NCBI GenBank assembly: GCA_030141605.1
Contig: JAQGDQ010000509.1
Coordinates: forward strand, 1 to 64,000
Direction: 5' to 3'
Origin: Tubiluchus corallicola
Lineage: Eukaryota; Animalia; Priapulida
DNA: 64,000 nt
Part shown: positions 58,688-64,000 of the stretch, in pieces
How positions within the stretch are numbered: position 1 is the first letter of the stretch
Layout: every line of letters begins with the position of its first letter
Notes under the pieces: model-generated
Databases searched by the model: none
What the model saw: the letters and a program-made list of their open reading frames with translations, nothing else
What the model was told of the DNA's origin: nothing
Translations under genes and position numbers: made by a program

Positions 58688-61600
58688 GTATTAATCTGTA
58701 GCCTAATATGTAATCTGTATTTATATTAAGATTCAATGCTACAGCTTAAATGAAGGCACCATTTTCGGCACTCTACATGTCAAAAAAAGATCTCGATCTA
58801 GTGTCATCTCATTGGTGTTTTTTTAATCGGGCTTACCAGAAGGAACGAGGGCAAAAAACCTCCAAAATTGGCCCTTTTGAGCTTTAAATTGTAGTAATGT
58901 TTTGCTCGTAGTGCTGCACTTTCAGTGGTGCAGACCTGTGTTCTGTGGTCTTTGCGAGGGATTAAAAGTAGTTTGACTAATACCAGCTAGAGAGCATGCA
59001 GAAACCTAGTACGTCCTACTTTTTTGAAAACAAGCAGCACATAGTAGAGGAACATTTTCATTTGCACTTAGTAAGTCCATTAATTTAAAAATTGCTTCAA
59101 ATGTTTTTTACAAAATAATAAAGCACCTTTTAGTGAGTATTTATTTGGAATTTTAAGTTAATCCATCAAACCATTATTTGTTGATAATAGAAAACAGCTT
59201 CTTCAGTTCTTCTGAAAACTAGCTGAAGTGGACTTACAGGGTATTAGCAGAAAACAGGAGTTTGGATTATGGCTTTCTTGAAGAAAATACCCGAGAAATT
59301 TATCACATTTATTGCAATATTTCCAGTATCTTTTGTAATATAGCAACAATAAAAAATGTCAAAATTACTAAATATTTATATTTTCTTTTTAGTTATGGCA
59401 GCAGTCTCAATAGCTAACATAGTAAAAACTTCACTAGGACCAGTTGGCTTAGACAAAATGATGGTTGATGATGTTGGCGTAAGTCATTTTTTTATATGTG
59501 TACACATATACTCTATTGTTACCATCAGCAGTGTAAGTGAATATAGTTTATAAAAGTTCAGAATCGCGTGTAAAAATATTTGGAAATAATTACCTTTTAA
59601 GATTAATACAGGTAGTTAAATCTGTAATTAGGTGCATTATACTTAAAAATTTTAGCCATTGCCAAAGTTGCAACACCTAAACCAAGTATTTAAAATAACC
59701 ATATACATGCATCTTGTGCTGATCAGCGTACTTAAGTGAATCAATTAGTTTAATATTTTGTTGTTGTAATATGTGATTAACTTAGCCAGCCATTTAACAA
59801 TTTTAATTTTTTAAATTTACATAAATTTTTTTCTGCATATAAAATGTTCAATTATTTTGGGAACTGTGCTTTAAACTTGTCCCATGTTGTATGACTATGT
59901 GTGTTCTGTGCTATTTTTTAGGTCAACTATTGTAAATCATTTGAATGCATAACATTAACTTGCTTGTCATTTTCATGTCTGTTATATTGTGGGAAAAACT
60001 TAGTGTGGAACAAAATTATATGATTATGTACAATAGGATGTGTTGATCACTAATGATGGTGCCACTATATTGAAACAGCTGGAAGTGGAGCATCCTGCTG
60101 CAAAGGTACTCTGTGAATTAGCTGATCTGCAGGATCAAGAGGTAACTGTTTGCTTACATTATAATGTATTTGTACAAGTCGTGAAACTGTATTGCCATGG
60201 AGCACGCAATGCTTGCTTGAACTAGAATTATCTATACGGAGTGATTATACAATTAACTAATTGCCACACAGTTTAAACTCTGTCCAAGACATGTGGTAAG
60301 ATGGGAAATTTCATTGAGACCTCTAACAGCTGTAATTTTTAATATTCATGTACAGTGTGCATGGATTCTTGTGGAGTAATGTAAAATTTATTTCTGCAGC
60401 ACATTATTTAAAGTCCCTGCATGCTGAGCACTAATATGCATTTAGAATTCATAAGATACATTAATATTTAAAATACATTAAAAATACAGTAAAATTAATT
60501 CACTGCAAAAAGTGCAATATTTGTTTTAAGCTGTCATTTAAAATAATCTAACAAGTTTACAGAGATTATGTCAACAGGCTAAGCTGTGCCTGTGGAGACA
60601 TGGAGCACAGACATATGAGTTTTACATGAATCTCACCTAGATTGAATCCACTCTCTAAACGACTAACTAATAACAAAAACGGCAGTTGCCCACTGCTAGC
60701 TAGCATTTGCAGCCACTGAGATCACTTCTGAGCTATATCATCATACAACTTCCAGCTTTTTACGGACGAGAACCACTTTTTCCTTTATGCCTTTTTTGTT
60801 TCACGTATCTCTGCTTCTTGTTTTCCATTTTATGCGATACTCTTATCACATGTTTCAAAGTCTATTTCACTTAGTTGGCCAGCCAATTTAACAAACCGTT
60901 TTTGATTTCTTTGTCACCTACTGACAAATATTCATTGTGCCTACATCGTGTAACATATCCAAAAAATTTTACTTATGCATCTTTCCATTGGCCCATTTGA
61001 AAATGATTTAACGTGTTTTGGTATTTTCGTTTTTTTACCAGAGAATACTGTATTTGGAACTGGCTGATGTAAATTAATCTGTCAATTAGCATTAGAACGG
61101 AATGCTTTGGCCTATATTACAGCATACGAAAAGATCTGTGATATGTACAGGTGTCAAAGCGCATAGTAGGTGATGCAAAGAATTTAAATTGAATCCATGG
61201 CTTTATCATTAGCTTTATATACAGTTGTTATTATTTTGTATTTTGTTAATTACATTAAAAAATTCAATAATAGCAATTAATGGAAAACATCTTCCTGAAT
61301 AATCTTTAATCATCTTCCTCTTGTCGACAAATGTTTAGCATTATGTTATAAATATTTAAAATGCACAATTTTCAAACTTTAAAACGAGCTATTTGCTATA
61401 TATAATTATCCCCATTACGTAAATGAGACAAACACCCATCATACCTATTAAGTCTTGCCTTTAGGAACATATTGTGAAGGGTGGATTAAATTATTAGTTT
61501 TCTTTGTTAAGGCAAGAGAGGCAATTCCATCTTATAGACACTAAGGTTTAAAATAAATCAAGCTCGTATAGGCAAGTTAAGTATTAATTCCAGGGCAGAT

Positions 61601-63574
61601 GTGTTTATGCATGTGAAGATGTGTACTTATAAGTATGTTAGATATTATTATTATTATTATTGTTATTATCACAACACGTATTCTTATCATCATCATCATT
61701 ATTATTGTTATTATTATTATTATTATCATCATCATCATCATTGTCGTTGTTGTTGTTGTTAATTTTTATTATTGAAAATATTATTATCTGACAAATAATT
61801 TTTTCTATTGAAAATGCAAGTGCTGTATAGAAAATTATGTTTTTCATGGTTTTGCAGGTTGGTGATGGAACAACATCTGTTGTTCTTGTAGCTGCTGAGT
61901 TATTGAGAAATGCTGATGAATTAGTGAAATGTAAGATTCATCCAACGTCAATAATCTCTGGATACAGGCTTGCTTGCAAGTATGTCACATAGTTACACTC
62001 TTTTTAATAAATTATTTATAAGATACGTGTGTATAAGTTCTTTGTATTTTACATTTTGGTTGTGAAAAAACATTTTCTCTGACTGAAATTTTTAACGTTC
62101 ATAAATTTTATTAGAAATTGTTATAATATTAGATTGGTATTTGTTAATTTTTTCAGAGAAGCTTGTCGTTATATTCAAGATCACTTGACCCTTAATGTTG
62201 ATGATTTGGGCAAGGAAAGTATAATCAATGCGGCCAAGACTAGCATGTCAAGTAAACTCATCGGACCGTATCTTTTTCACTATTCTTAACCAAGGTCTCC
62301 TCAAGCCTCATCAGTGCTTTTGTTATGCATATACTGTATGCATTAGTTTTATTATATGGAACCAAAACATTTCCCACTGCAATTCTAGTTCAAACAGGCT
62401 TGAGTATTTAATGGCTAAGATACCAATTTTTATTTGTACAATAGTTTTTAAAAAATTGAGCAGGTTTTCTCTTAGTGAATTATGTCAAATGCTGACTGGC
62501 ATGTACCTAAATTGTCATTAGTATTGCTTACGAACTTTTGCTATTACTGAATTCATGGAAAGAAATTATCGTTCTGTGTCACACATGAGGCCATTATCAA
62601 AATTTTGTGAGTGGAATGATAACTTATAAACCTTTAAAATTGTAGTTTTCACTCACTTTTTCTTTCATTTTTGACATTAGACTCAGCTTATGATTTTGTT
62701 AGTACTACTCGTATTATGTTTCAGGATTTTATAATTCTTTGATTTCATGAAACTTGTTGGTTACTAGAATTCTGTTGCCGTAATAACTATATTTTTTAGT
62801 TGTTTTAATTTTAGTCAACTCACCTACCTCTAATAGCTTCTTGAGTTCTTGTGCAGGGATTATTTAAGACATTCGTTCTGTCCCAGTTCACTGAGTGATG
62901 GTAAAATATCACGTGCTCAGGATAACAACAGTTTGGTGTTTTGGATAACAGTAAATAAGAATAACTCAAGAGGTTCAAGTTTCCAAACTTCTTCACGCAC
63001 AAAGTTATGCATTTCAATAACATGATAAACTGCCTTTTAAATTTGCTTAGTAATTTGTGAGTTTCTTTCCTGAATGAATTTTTTTAGAGATTCTGAATTT
63101 TTTGCTGACATGGCTGTGAATGCAGTGTATGCTGTAAGAACTCCCAATGGCAAAGGTGGTTATAAATATCCCATTACTGCAATCAATGTTCTAAAAGCAC
63201 ATGGTCGTAGTGCTCGTGAAAGTGTACTCGTGCAAGGTAGGGTAATATTTATGTACAATTACCAATTGGGATTGCCCACAAAGACCAATTAATTAATTTT
63301 TCATGTAACGTCTTTCTTGAAGCTTAAGTGTCATATCGCACAAAGAAGAGCAAAGCTTTTGGCATTGCATGTAACTCACTTCCATCAAAAGAAAGGATTG
63401 TTTTTATGTTTTAGGTTATGCTTTGAATTGCACAATTGCTTCTCAATTGATGCCCAAGAAAATCATTGGTGCAAAAGTTGCTTGTTTGGACTTCAGCTTG
63501 CAGAAAACTAAAATGAAACTTGGTGTTCAAGTCGTAGTTGAAGATCCTCAGCAGTTGGAGAAAATACGGGAAAG
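53590..63574 (+). CDS. TCP1: T-complex protein 1 subunit alpha (CCT1), 5' part (7 exons), continues beyond the window
   Basis: Exons 53590-53665 ([25 protein letters not shown]), 59393-59478 ([29 protein letters not shown]), 60037-60141 ([16 protein letters not shown]), 61858-61979 (VGDGTTSVV), 62157-62267, 63088-63236 ([13 protein letters not shown]), 63415-63574 ([29 protein letters not shown]). Confidence 0.95.
54249..55070 (+). mobile_element. hAT (Charlie/Buster-like) transposon remnant in TCP1 intron 1
   Basis: Charlie-like start (gcgtggttttttaacctt); broken frames giving FWLKFVPSYP and [25 protein letters not shown] (hAT C-terminal dimerisation motif). Confidence 0.7.
58654..58685. 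repeat. (TA)n microsatellite
   Basis: Uninterrupted TA run. Confidence 0.9.
60502..60629 (+). ncRNA. Candidate intronic box H/ACA snoRNA
   Basis: Hairpin, AGATTA (H box, 60563-60568), hairpin, ACA+3 nt (60624-60626); 128 nt. Confidence 0.35.
61642..61760. repeat. Compound (ATT/ATC/GTT)n microsatellite
   Basis: Trinucleotide runs; source of the spurious poly-N/D ORF 61638..61847. Confidence 0.9.
62268..63087 (+). other. U12-type (minor spliceosome) GT-AG intron of TCP1
   Basis: 5' site GTATCTTT; branch-like TTTCCTGAAT at 63066-63075, about 12 nt before the AG. Confidence 0.75.
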
Positions 63575-64000
63575 GTGGGTCAAATTGAGTATGAACAGCT
63601 TGAAAAAGTAGTTTTGTTTCTTTGTTCTTTACAGTTAACCAACCAGAAATAGTTTTTCTAAATGTTTCTAGACATGTACCAGGGTCCTTAGAAACACTAC
63701 ATTTCTTTTCCTGTGCTAAGATAACATTGTGTTTTGAGTTAGTTATTGTTGTTATGGCTTACATTTTGTGTTTTTTTCTTGTAGTCTTTACTTACTGTAG
63801 ACTCTAGGTTTAATTCCCGAGTGCCAGCTTGGCCCCTAGAAAAAAATTTGGTGATTCTTTCACTCACTAAATCTATCCGTCATATCTCTCAATTTCAGAA
63901 GTATTTATCCAATTGAATTGAATTTGGTAGGATGATCAGCTAGGATGATCTTGGTTACAAAAGACTGTAGTAATCCCTTCGTTATTTAATTAATTAATTA

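Noticed and set aside
61638-61847. Poly-Asn/Asp ORF
   Set aside because: Translation of an intronic microsatellite
62285-62320. Hammerhead ribozyme (CTGATGA on the minus strand; also plus-strand CTGATGA near 8439 and 26541)
   Set aside because: No stem II followed by GAAA, and no closing stems

Overview
AT-rich, intron-dense animal genomic DNA. The 5S sequence and gene style suggest a lophotrochozoan-like invertebrate, which is an inference. Three spliced genes can be built exon by exon: SHOC2/sur-8 (minus strand, ATG 13825, 10 coding exons visible, 3' part not in the window), an SNX9/18/33 SH3-PX-BAR sorting nexin (plus strand, 27756-47745, 16 exons, about 543 aa, one GC-AG intron) and TCP1/CCT-alpha (plus strand, ATG 53590, 7 exons visible, one U12-type intron). 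The ~14 kb between the divergent SHOC2 and SNX starts is a transposon nest. It holds a 6.2 kb Gmr1-type Gypsy element (integrase before RT, RT/RNaseH deleted, tRNA-Leu PBS) whose LTRs each carry an antisense tRNA-like Pol III cassette. It also holds a 5S-rRNA-headed SINE with an RTE-type tail and an 11-bp TSD, and nested Tc1/mariner-type MITEs. Other oddities are a near-identical inverted copy of a SHOC2 exon at the window start, a candidate H/ACA snoRNA in a TCP1 intron, and a near-perfect hairpin downstream of the SNX stop. All calls were made by eye and no database searches were run.
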